Source: a virus
IMG/VR virus record: IMGVR_UViG_3300032282_006300
Span: 59,831-123,830 of that record
Length of the DNA stretch: 64,000 nucleotides
Reading direction: 5' to 3' (one strand)
The translations under genes and the position numbers were made by a program. The notes beneath the pieces are model-generated. The model ran no database searches. It had not been told where the DNA came from and saw only the letters and a list, made by a program, of their open reading frames with translations. This document shows positions 28,033-41,641 of the stretch, one piece after another; positions within the stretch are counted from its first letter, which is position 1; each line of letters begins with the position of its first letter.

Positions 28033-28403
28033 TCTTCTGTATCCTCTGGCTTATTCATAGCGGATTCAATTTCTTCTTCGGACACGTTAGCAATTTCTAG
28101 GCCAATTGCAAATCCATCGGTCATGGAAGCAATTGTGGCAAAAGACATTGCGGAAAGAAATTCCGACATATCTAAATTGTCCAAATCCATTTCTTGAATG
28201 GTCTGTTCAATAACTGCCAAATTGCGTTGAAAAGCAAAAGTAAAAAACGTTTCAATATCTACAGGAAAAGTATCCTTAGCGTTGGCGCCACGTTCATCAA
28301 TCTTATCTGCCGTTAAGCAAAGTTTGACGAAATCTTTTGTTGAAAATTCAGGTTCTTCAAAAATTTCATCAATTGCGTTTGCAATATCTTTTTCGGTATT
28401 CAT
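28029..28403 (-). CDS. Hypothetical acidic protein
   Basis: 124-aa ORF with ATGA overlaps on both sides. Confidence 0.6.
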   Translation of the reverse strand: MNTEKDIANAIDEIFEEPEFSTKDFVKLCLTADKIDERGANAKDTFPVDIETFFTFAFQRNLAVIEQTIQEMDLDNLDMSEFLSAMSFATIASMTDGFAIGLEIANVSEEEIESAMNKPEDTEE

Positions 28404-28777
28404 AATAACATCCCTGCTAGTTGGGCGTGTGTTTTAACCATCAAAACAATTTTGCCTAGCCTATCACCATCAATATGACCGGCTTGAGCCAAGGCATGGC
28501 CCAACCTTTCAATATCGCCAATGGTAAATACTCGGTTCTTGTTTATCTGGCGAATAGCAAAAGGGCTTCCATCTAACTTAAGTCCACCCTTTAGGTTTTC
28601 TTTCCAGAGCCACCAACGTAAAGTTGTTACAGGGACTCCAAAAAACGCTTCTGCCACCGTTCCGGTAGCAAAAACAAAATTGTTCTCTGCTACAGAGACA
28701 ATCTCTGGAGTGATCCAGTAAGGCCGATTGTCTGGGGTCATGATTGATTGATTCACAACAACAATGTGATCAGCCAT
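28400..28777 (-). CDS. MerR-like HTH DNA-binding protein
   Basis: VAEAFFGVPVTTLRWW...NRVFTIGDIERL. Confidence 0.65.
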   Translation of the reverse strand: MADHIVVVNQSIMTPDNRPYWITPEIVSVAENNFVFATGTVAEAFFGVPVTTLRWWLWKENLKGGLKLDGSPFAIRQINKNRVFTIGDIERLGHALAQAGHIDGDRLGKIVLMVKTHAQLAGMLL

Positions 28778-28794
28778 TTTGACTCCTAAATAGT

Positions 28795-28834
28795 TGCGCC
28801 CCCTTGGATTCGGGGATTATCCAAGGGGAGCGCA
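28795..28834 (-). promoter_or_regulatory. Strong hairpin just upstream of an RBS (possible terminator or processing site)
   Basis: UGCGC(U)CCCCUUGGAU/AUCCAAGGGGGCGCA followed by ACUAUUUAGGAG. Confidence 0.55.
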
Positions 28835-28843
28835 GTCTATAGT

Positions 28844-29560
28844 CTACTTCTTGGCCTTCCGAACCGTCAATGAAGTAGATGCATTACCTCGCTTGGTAAT
28901 GGATTTGATAATAGCAAGGCGTTCAGGCTTACTTGCAAGAGCCCTCAATGCCTTGTTTTCATCAAAAACTCGCTTCTCTTTGGTCATTGCAAGATAATCA
29001 TCGCGCTCAATTTCTCCACTTTCCGCCATTTGTTCCAACAGGTCTGTATCCACAGAAACAGTGCCTTCTCGGTACTCACTGCTCCATTCTTGGACCGTAC
29101 CTGCAATTGGAACTCTGTATGGTTGTTGTGGAGCACAAAGGATGTAATGGCCGTTGTTATCCAAATTGTTTGGATCGGCAATTCCTTTATTCTCTCCATC
29201 AATGTCAATGTGGTGGCGAATAGTTTCTGAGATCGCGGCATCACGATTTTTTAGAAGGTCTACAACTTGGCGTAGGGTCTCTCGTTCTTCATAGAGACTA
29301 GAGATTTCTTGTTCTTCCAAGATGCGACGTTCTGGGGGCATAACCACACCGAATACTGAAGGCAATTTTTTCAATGCTTCAACAAACTCTGGGGTAATAC
29401 TCATTGGTGCAGGTACGGTGGGCACGTTATTTGCCGGTGCAATTACTTCGGTTTCTGAAGCAAAAATGGTGGCGATTTCTTTGATTGACTTGTTTTCTTG
29501 AACTGCAATTTTGGCACGCTTGAGCGATTCATCATTGAGAACAACAGTAGTTTCTGTCAT
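28844..29560 (-). CDS. Hypothetical protein
   Basis: 238-aa ORF with AAGGA RBS and TTGCCC-N17-TAGGCT promoter upstream. Confidence 0.7.
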   Translation of the reverse strand: MTETTVVLNDESLKRAKIAVQENKSIKEIATIFASETEVIAPANNVPTVPAPMSITPEFVEALKKLPSVFGVVMPPERRILEEQEISSLYEERETLRQVVDLLKNRDAAISETIRHHIDIDGENKGIADPNNLDNNGHYILCAPQQPYRVPIAGTVQEWSSEYREGTVSVDTDLLEQMAESGEIERDDYLAMTKEKRVFDENKALRALASKPERLAIIKSITKRGNASTSLTVRKAKK

Positions 29561-29659
29561 GGTTTTTCCTTACTTTCTGGCGGTTGATATTCCCAGCCTA
29601 TAACAAATGTCCGACAAGGGCAACTTTAATTATTTAGGCACATGTGTCATACTATATAC

Positions 29660-29830
29660 ATGCCCACTTACGAATATCAATGCCTAGAGTGCAAACACCT
29701 CCAAGACCTTATCCGGTCAATTGCAAATCGGGACGAACCTGTTTCTTGCGAGGCTTGTTCAGGCAAAGCCGAAAGAATTTTATCTTCTCCCGGAATGGTC
29801 TGGGCACCTACTTCTGGTGGTTATAGGTAA
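29660..29830 (+). CDS. FmdB-family zinc-ribbon protein
   Basis: MPTYEYQCLECKH...CEAC...RILS; start ATG 29660; the only convincing plus-strand gene. Confidence 0.85.
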   Translation: MPTYEYQCLECKHLQDLIRSIANRDEPVSCEACSGKAERILSSPGMVWAPTSGGYR

Positions 29831-29839
29831 AAATTGCAT

Positions 29840-29885
29840 AAAGAAGCGGTGCCAACCCATCCCGAAATGGCACCGCTTCTTTTTT
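29840..29885. terminator. Intrinsic terminator between convergent genes, probably bidirectional
   Basis: AAAGAAGCGGTGCCA/TGGCACCGCTTCTTT stem with a T tract on the plus strand. Confidence 0.85.
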
Positions 29886-29894
29886 AATGCGAAC

Positions 29895-30638
29895 TTACAC
29901 TTTGTACCGTGAGGTAACTCTGGAACCGCCTGCCAGAGAAGCGTAAGTCTTCGGGCCAACGACACCGTCGGCTGGCCACAACTTGGGACGTAGACGCTGG
30001 AATTTCTTCACATCGGCCACATCTTCTTTGGTCATAATTCCCGTAACAGGGTTTCCAAAAGCGGTCTGGATAACCTTGACTGCGGTATTGTTACTGCCGA
30101 CCTTAAACTTGTCTGCGCCGGGGTACTTAGGCAATGCAGGCTTAACCGCGGGCTTGGCCGGGGTAGGCTTGACAACTACTGGCTTTGCCGGTGCAGGTTT
30201 AGCGGGGGTTGGCTTGGCAACGGGCTTAGCAACAGGCTTGGGCTTAGCGGGTGCAGGAGCCGTGAACCAGTGAACCTTGCTTTGCTCAGCCTTCACCGTT
30301 TGCAAAATTGAGATATGCAAATGCTCGGTGTGTGGGCTTGCGCCAGTGTACTTTTCAGCCTTCCAGCCACTCTTACGTGAATAGATCTTGCGATCAAAAA
30401 TCACATAGTTGGCTGAAGGGTGCTTAGAAACTGCCTTGATAATTTCCTGAGCATCAACTCCGGGGAAAGTGATGTCAATGGCATTTACTGAATCACGAGA
30501 GTTCGGATTGTGATCTGATTTACGGGCGGCATGTGACGTATTGCCAATTGTGCCGTCAGATTTCTTGGAACGATTTGGCCATTTCTTATTGACCTCGTTG
30601 CGGAATTGCACCAAAGACGGTGCGAGATGCCAACTCAT
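29895..30638 (-). CDS. Endolysin (Zn-peptidase-like domain, Pro/Lys linker, peptidoglycan-binding domain)
   Basis: SDHNP...AIDI...HTEHLHIS; C-terminal VKKFQ...ADGVVGPKT. Confidence 0.8.
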   Translation of the reverse strand: MSWHLAPSLVQFRNEVNKKWPNRSKKSDGTIGNTSHAARKSDHNPNSRDSVNAIDITFPGVDAQEIIKAVSKHPSANYVIFDRKIYSRKSGWKAEKYTGASPHTEHLHISILQTVKAEQSKVHWFTAPAPAKPKPVAKPVAKPTPAKPAPAKPVVVKPTPAKPAVKPALPKYPGADKFKVGSNNTAVKVIQTAFGNPVTGIMTKEDVADVKKFQRLRPKLWPADGVVGPKTYASLAGGSRVTSRYKV

Positions 30639-30874
30639 GCAGACTCGTCACCTTCGGTAGAAGCGTCTGTTTCAACGGCACCAATACCGTATGAGGTGTT
30701 GCCTGGATCAAGGTAGGCAACAATGGTGCGAATGGCGGTCAAAGCCGCAGAGATTGCGGCCGACTTGGCCCATCCAAAATCGTTGTTTGCGATTGCGCTC
30801 AATGGCACAAGAGCAATAAAAGCGGTAATAAAAGTCGTAGCGGCGCTACGTAGCAGTGAGGCAATGTTCGCCAT
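30635..30874 (-). CDS. Holin
   Basis: 79 aa, two TM helices, directly upstream of the lysin. Confidence 0.75.
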   Translation of the reverse strand: MANIASLLRSAATTFITAFIALVPLSAIANNDFGWAKSAAISAALTAIRTIVAYLDPGNTSYGIGAVETDASTEGDESA

Positions 30875-30944
30875 TTATCCATCCTTACAGTTGGGATATC
30901 TTATGTACCATCTTACATAAGTTCTTTTATAAATCCAATCGGGG

Positions 30945-31577
30945 TTAGTACCAGACGTTTTCTTGCTCAAATTCAAACTTGTCTAGCCATCTTAGCCGAT
31001 CAAATTGCAATTCTTCGCCTGTAGCCCCAATAACAAGTTCTACAAACTCTCCAATATTTTCTACTCTGCGGAACAAACCTTTTGCGTCCCTGTTCCAGCC
31101 ACGGTCCACCAGAAAAGGAACGCTTCCGGATTCTTCCAACGTTTTGTAATTAAACGCATTGTCTTCAATAAAAGCGTCTGTTTTAATTAGCGCTTTGTTT
31201 TCACTAAACGTAAGAGAATGAAAAGGAATCTCGTGTTTAAGAATCCATTTCATTGTTGTTAAAGCCGCTTTTTTAGGGCGAGCGGTAATGATGTGGATTT
31301 TGTGACCGGCTTCGTACAAACGATTAATTTGGTTTGCGGCGTCATCTATCAAAGGTCCATTGTAAGCAAAACCTTTAATAATTGCATCATCATGCAAATT
31401 TTCATAAGTTTCGTGATCAATACCCCATTCGGTAAAGAAATCATATTTAACTTCTAGACCATCAAAATCTTTGGGGATGTTGGGATCATTATTGTGTAAA
31501 AGATAATCGTAAAAAGACACGGCAAAATTATGAACTACGCCGTCAAGGTCTACCCCAATAGTGGCTAATGTTTTCAT
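30945..31577 (-). CDS. 5'(3')-deoxyribonucleotidase (HAD, NT5C-like)
   Basis: GVDLDGV, IITAR, K, FIEDN, WN; start ATG 31577. Confidence 0.85.
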   Translation of the reverse strand: MKTLATIGVDLDGVVHNFAVSFYDYLLHNNDPNIPKDFDGLEVKYDFFTEWGIDHETYENLHDDAIIKGFAYNGPLIDDAANQINRLYEAGHKIHIITARPKKAALTTMKWILKHEIPFHSLTFSENKALIKTDAFIEDNAFNYKTLEESGSVPFLVDRGWNRDAKGLFRRVENIGEFVELVIGATGEELQFDRLRWLDKFEFEQENVWY

Positions 31578-31584
31578 CGTTTTC

Positions 31585-32124
31585 CTACTTTTGCTCGAAC
31601 TTGAAATATTGAACAGGCCCTTTGACTCCTGGACTAAATTCAGAGGCGGCCTTAATTGCTTTTGTAACTCGTGATTTTGGTGCGGTTCCTTCTGTGCTAA
31701 ATAAAGAACCAAGAGCCGAAGTGACTCCTCCGCCAATTGCGGCATAAGCATAAGGGGTTTCATAAACGCTGTAATCGTGGCATACAACAAACAAGCGACC
31801 CATTACGCCTACTAAAATTTCCGTTCCATCTTCCATTTTTTCTTCTGTGGCAACTCCTGCAAGATTATCTAACGTATCCGCAATAGATTGCACAAACTCT
31901 AAACACATAAACGAAGATAAATGTTGCGGAGAAGGTATTGGTGGCAATGAGACATTGTGTAGAACATTGATGACCCGAATACTTTGCGAAACACCAATGA
32001 TGTAATCCCCATTGATTGCAATTTTGGGGCTTACCATACTGACGGTAGAAGTGTCGTCGCTGACTTCAGAATCTGATGCCATATGGATAACATCTTTATC
32101 TATGAGACCGACAATACAAGTCAT
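31585..32124 (-). CDS. HslV/proteasome-beta-like Ntn peptidase
   Basis: N-terminal M-T-CIVG, ASDS, PKI, AIGGG. Confidence 0.8.
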   Translation of the reverse strand: MTCIVGLIDKDVIHMASDSEVSDDTSTVSMVSPKIAINGDYIIGVSQSIRVINVLHNVSLPPIPSPQHLSSFMCLEFVQSIADTLDNLAGVATEEKMEDGTEILVGVMGRLFVVCHDYSVYETPYAYAAIGGGVTSALGSLFSTEGTAPKSRVTKAIKAASEFSPGVKGPVQYFKFEQK

Positions 32125-33500
32125 TACAACATCACCAAGTCTGACCAGCCAAATCTGTGACCCGCCCCAACCAATACCGTTACGATTCCGTGCTTAGCAC
32201 TATTGCCAAACGCGGCTTCAAAATATGTAGACCCGCCATCTAAAGATGGGGATTGGAACAATGTTGTTCCGCCAATATCTGAAATAAAACCGTGGTGCTT
32301 GTGTCCCATAAACATAACTTCCATACGGATATTCTTGTCGTACAAGAACATACCTCTTTGGTCACGAGCCCATTTTTCAATTCCACCCTTGGCTTTGTGA
32401 CCATGAGTAAGTCCGCATTGAACACCCGAAAGATCAAAGAATGTCCACCACTCGTCGTGAGGAATGAACCATTCAACTTGATCGGCAAGATTGCTTTCGT
32501 CAATCACTTCTTTGACCTGCTCGGCAATAATCAAATCGTAATTGTCCGAATCTGAGGTAAACGGGGCCGAACCAATTCCTTGACGAATCTCACCGTGGTT
32601 GGATGGCGTGTAAACCTTCTTGATCGGAAGATCAAATTCCGCAAACATTCGCGTCTTGCGAATTTCTGATTGACGGGCATAAGACATTTGGTTACGCAAA
32701 GTAGTGGTGGTTTTTGCTTGGCTGGGATAGTGACCAAAAATATTTTCAATCTTGTCTCCAGTTACCACATCTGCAATGCATTCAATATTTACACCGCGGT
32801 GCAATAATTCTTTCAAACGATCATAACTTTTCTGAAGGGCTTCTTCTTCTCGTTTTTCAAGACCCTCAATGCCACCTCCAGCACTTTTACCACCTTGCTC
32901 GTCACCTTGCACGTGTGCGTAAGTAACTTGAACACCAAGACCTGTTCCAAGAGTTTTTCGAATAAGAGGTTGCCAAGTTTTGGCTTCGTTAATTGCGTTT
33001 TCAATGTCTTCATCAAATCGGGCTTGATCAGGAACGATCCGAGCAAAACGTGCTTTGTACGACCAAAGCCAAACAACGTCACGATCACCATCTTCTGTTC
33101 TCTTAGAAGATTGCCATTTTGAAACCCTAACCGTGTCGTCCATAACCCTGAAAGTTTTGGAAGAAAGTCCAAAAAATTCCAGCAGGGGTGCAAAATCACC
33201 GTCAAGTTCTACAGGAATTTGTCCTACGCCAACCGAAAGTTCTCCTTCATCTCCGGTAATGGATACATAAGTATCTTGGCTCGGTCCTTCGTATTCACCA
33301 ACAGGAACCTTTAATTCACCGAGATTATTTTTTTTGCGGTACTTACGTACCGAAGATTCTCCAACTTTAAAACCAAGTTTTTCAATTTTGTTCGCCACAT
33401 CAACATGCCCCAAAGACATGTCTTCCAAGAAGTTTTTTATTGCTGGTTGATCATCTGCTAAATCCGAAAGCGAATAGTTGTTCCCAAGGGTAAATGTCAT
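32124..33500 (-). CDS. Calcineurin-like metallophosphoesterase / Mre11-like nuclease with N-terminal HTH
   Basis: GDEQ, TGDKIE, SNHG, THGH, MGHKHH. Confidence 0.75.
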   Translation of the reverse strand: MTFTLGNNYSLSDLADDQPAIKNFLEDMSLGHVDVANKIEKLGFKVGESSVRKYRKKNNLGELKVPVGEYEGPSQDTYVSITGDEGELSVGVGQIPVELDGDFAPLLEFFGLSSKTFRVMDDTVRVSKWQSSKRTEDGDRDVVWLWSYKARFARIVPDQARFDEDIENAINEAKTWQPLIRKTLGTGLGVQVTYAHVQGDEQGGKSAGGGIEGLEKREEEALQKSYDRLKELLHRGVNIECIADVVTGDKIENIFGHYPSQAKTTTTLRNQMSYARQSEIRKTRMFAEFDLPIKKVYTPSNHGEIRQGIGSAPFTSDSDNYDLIIAEQVKEVIDESNLADQVEWFIPHDEWWTFFDLSGVQCGLTHGHKAKGGIEKWARDQRGMFLYDKNIRMEVMFMGHKHHGFISDIGGTTLFQSPSLDGGSTYFEAAFGNSAKHGIVTVLVGAGHRFGWSDLVML

Positions 33501-33582
33501 AAAACAAATGGCCTTTCAATAGGACGGCGGTAAGGCAGAAATAAATCCTACCACTAGATGGACCAAATAAGCCAATTTTGCC

Positions 33583-33710
33583 AAAAAAAATACATAGCCA
33601 ACAAGGTAGGCTACCTAGTAATAGTGATACGAGTTTATTTAGATAAAAACCATAATCATTTAACGGTTTAAACTACTCGGGGCCGATCCCCCCCAAACCC
33701 CCCACGCTAG
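33583..33710 (-). ncRNA. Candidate ~125-nt ncRNA or origin transcript
   Basis: Follows TTGACA-N17-TAGATT; G-rich 5' end, several stems, ends in a hairpin plus U8. Confidence 0.4.
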
Positions 33711-33716
33711 ACGCAT

Positions 33717-33745
33717 AATCTAGGTTCAATTTTGGGTCTTGTCAA
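33717..33745 (-). promoter_or_regulatory. Near-consensus sigma70 promoter
   Basis: TTGACA-N17-TAGATT. Confidence 0.7.
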
Positions 33746-34062
33746 CTCGAAAACGGATTTTCTTTTGGAATTTCAGAAAGAGCCTTGGATCGTTCGGCAC
33801 GAAGGCCCTCAACGGACTCTGAAACGAGTTTGTCAATTTGCTCTTCCGGAAGGGCTAAATTGAAGTTAATTGAAACGCTTTGCGCTTTTTCACCAATCAC
33901 AATTCCCGGAAGAGTAATTACTGTAATCAAGGCAGGAACGAATTGACCGACTTGGTTACCGGGTAAAACGGTAAGAGAAATTGCATATTCTGCATCTTCC
34001 CCCTGGGAATACTTGATTAAAGATGCTTCTACGGTTTTTGAAACTTTGTCTAGCAAGTTCAT
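33742..34062 (-). CDS. Hypothetical protein
   Basis: Start moved to ATG 34062 (TAATG coupling with the helicase stop). Confidence 0.6.
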   Translation of the reverse strand: MNLLDKVSKTVEASLIKYSQGEDAEYAISLTVLPGNQVGQFVPALITVITLPGIVIGEKAQSVSINFNLALPEEQIDKLVSESVEGLRAERSKALSEIPKENPFSS

Positions 34063-35639
34063 TATCTTCCATATCTGTAGATTTGTAATGATTCTTTTCG
34101 GTTGGCCGCCGAAATATGATTTTCTCCAGCATCGGTGTCTCCAAGCAAGATATCCGTCTGGTCGTTTCTCTTGATCATTTTTTCGGCAATTACATCCTCT
34201 ACTGTACCGTCTAGGAATAGGGTTAGACAAGTTACAGAAGGGGCTTTTGAGTCAATTCTGTGGATGCGGTCCAGCCTTTGGGTTCGGTTGGCAAAGGTCA
34301 GGGCTGATTCATATTCAATAACGTATGTGGCTTCTGGAAGGTTGATTCCCCGGGATCCAGCGTCAGATGTCAAAAAAATGGCTGGTTCTGGATCTGCCTT
34401 AAAAAGTTGGCGAGATTGTTGTTGTTGATTAATAGACATTTCCCCGTGGTTTATGTAAACCTTGTATCCAGCCTTGGTTAATTCTTTGTGGATATCTTTC
34501 AAAATGGATTGCCCAAAGAAAGTAAACACCACGGCTTTAGCCCCTTGGCCCTTGACGACCACGGAAAGATAGTCCAAAAGTGCTTCCATTTTGGCTGAAG
34601 ACGTGTTTTTAAAAATGTCTTCCCCGAATTCTTCAACCAACATTTTGGCAATCATTGAGCCTTCGGGATTTTCACTTCCGTAAAGCACGCTGGCCGGGTT
34701 GCCAGCAACTTGCCTGAGTACCGTCCAGAGGCCCTGTACGGGCTCCTCAGAGCCGTAACCGACCTGTTCGACCATCTCGTACAGTTTACGTTGGTCGTCC
34801 TTCATTTGGATGTGTTGGGCCTCCTCAATGCGCTTGGGGAATTGCTCAATAATGTCTGGGTCAGTTTTACGTTTGCGAATAAGCCCTTTTTGGACATTTC
34901 GGACAAATTCTGTAATTCGGACAGGTGCATAAGTTGGCCGACCAAATTGATCTCGGTTCAGAACATAAGTTTTTTCAAAATCTCCAATATTTGGTACTAA
35001 ATCTGGCCGGACAATCCGCATTTGGTTGAAAGCGTCTTCGTAATCTCGCTCTAAAGGAGTGGCCGTCAAACCAAGAACTCTTTGGTGAGGATTATTTTTA
35101 CGTAACATTTTTACAATGTGATAATGGGCTTTATAAGTCGCGGCGGTACGTTTACGAAGTTTGGCAACCTCGTCATAAACTACAAACACGTTTTTTGTGA
35201 TTAAATGGTCCAACAAAGCCGTGTTTTGAGCAGAGGTACCTCGTCTGCCAGGAGCCTTGTGAAAGTCCACCAAATCGGCTTTGGCGGTCTCGTAGGTGGT
35301 AATAAGGACCTGTGGTAGCCCGTTTTTTTCTAATCGTTTTTGCCTACCCGCACCGTGGTGGATAGCAGAAGTCAATTGGGTAAATTTATCAAAATCTTCT
35401 TTCCATTCTGAGACCTTGTTTTTTTCAACAACCATCAAGACTAGGTCTATCTGGTTATCTTCAAAAAGCATGGCACTTAGGCACATAGCGGCGTGAGATT
35501 TACCCGTGCCGGTATCCCAAACCATTAAGGCTGATTCCATTAGGTATGCCTTAGCAATACCTTCTTCTTGAAACGGATAAAGCCCAAGGTGCGAAAAATA
35601 CAATGGATCACCCTGAGACACCGTGACACGTTCTGACAT
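34062..35639 (-). CDS. SNF2-family helicase
   Basis: DTGTGKS, YDEV, LTATP, GINL, QRLDRIHRI. Confidence 0.9.
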   Translation of the reverse strand: MSERVTVSQGDPLYFSHLGLYPFQEEGIAKAYLMESALMVWDTGTGKSHAAMCLSAMLFEDNQIDLVLMVVEKNKVSEWKEDFDKFTQLTSAIHHGAGRQKRLEKNGLPQVLITTYETAKADLVDFHKAPGRRGTSAQNTALLDHLITKNVFVVYDEVAKLRKRTAATYKAHYHIVKMLRKNNPHQRVLGLTATPLERDYEDAFNQMRIVRPDLVPNIGDFEKTYVLNRDQFGRPTYAPVRITEFVRNVQKGLIRKRKTDPDIIEQFPKRIEEAQHIQMKDDQRKLYEMVEQVGYGSEEPVQGLWTVLRQVAGNPASVLYGSENPEGSMIAKMLVEEFGEDIFKNTSSAKMEALLDYLSVVVKGQGAKAVVFTFFGQSILKDIHKELTKAGYKVYINHGEMSINQQQQSRQLFKADPEPAIFLTSDAGSRGINLPEATYVIEYESALTFANRTQRLDRIHRIDSKAPSVTCLTLFLDGTVEDVIAEKMIKRNDQTDILLGDTDAGENHISAANRKESLQIYRYGR

Positions 35640-35691
35640 GTCCTGATACTATCCCAAAACTTGCTATAAACCAATTGCAATTAATGCAATA

Positions 35692-40324
<4,633 letters not shown>

Positions 40325-40328
<4 letters not shown>

Positions 40329-41641
40329 AGATCCTCCGCAACCGAACTGCGTGCACCGGAATATGAATGAGAAAGCAAAGCGTTGTTTTCAATCAACAAA
40401 GCCGCCCTGATAGTCTTTGGGTCGGTAACACCACGATCTGGAGTAAAAATATCTTGAATAGTGCCCCGGGGGCCTGTGTGGTCCCAATTGAAAGAGTTTG
40501 GGTCTTCCAAAGTATAACTGTTCACGGAAGATAAATTAGTCATAGCGGAATGCTTGTGTCCAATTTTTGAAGAAAAAGGTGGCACTGCTACAGAATGGGC
40601 TTGATCAACAATTGTTGAAACATTCAATGCCGACCCAGAAGAAAGAGCATAAACGTTCGATTTTTTGGGTGCAATTCGTGTGTGAACTTCCCAAAAATTG
40701 TCATCTGAATAGATGCCAGCCATTGGAACTTCTCTATGCATGGCTAGCCCATCGGTGTCTACCGTAATCAATACACCTGCAGGTTTAAATTTAGATAAAA
40801 CGCGAGTGATACTTAGTTTATCGACAATTTTTTCAGTATCTCCTGCGGCATCTTCTGTATATTTTTTCTTAACCCGAACAACAACTTCTGAAGGAGTAGG
40901 GGTTTCAGATAATCCAACAAAAATTTTTCCCGTTAAAACATTCCAAGAAGGGTTGTGCGTGGGGTCTCCACCAATGTAAAAATTATTCCAATTGGGGTAA
41001 CTGTCTGTAACGTCATCCCATGTATAAGTAACATTAAGGCCTTCCCCATAAAAATCAAGAATTTTCCAAATTTCATAAATATCGCAAGGTGCGCTAACCA
41101 AAGATTCTGCAATTTGCTTTAATCCGGGAATTGTTGCCCCAAGGGGAATACCTTTGGCCAGGGATTCAATTCTTGCACGAAATTGAGCGTCCCTTGCAAA
41201 AACTTCTTCCCATTCTTCGACAGTTGCTAAAGAATCCATTGGGTTAAAAGTAATTTTTTCAGAATCCCTGCGAAGTTCTCCCAGAATTGATCCGTAAAAC
41301 CCATCCAAATCGTAAAAATGGGATCCTGACAAAATAGATTCTAGTCGTGCAATTTGAGTTCTTTTATGCAATTGACCAACACCGGACGGGCCCAACAATG
41401 CTTGTAAAAAACGGTACAAGTGGGATTGTGGCCTTAAATCATAAAGATCTTCAGGAAAATGAGAAAGCAAATCTGCAAAAATTAACGGCGGGTTCAATAG
41501 CCCTGTTCCGCGTTCTAGACCTTCTACGTCTGGGGTAGATACGGGCGCTTGCAATGGAAGAAGTCCTGGAGCAGACTGGTTCCCTTGCACATAAAAACCG
41601 GCAAGTTGATCTAACTTATCAATGTTATCAAGGGTGGCCAT
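40325..41641 (-). CDS. Baseplate wedge protein (P2 gpI-like)
   Basis: Follows baseplate J; DLDGFYG, FRARI, GATIPGLK, KPAG. Confidence 0.7.
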
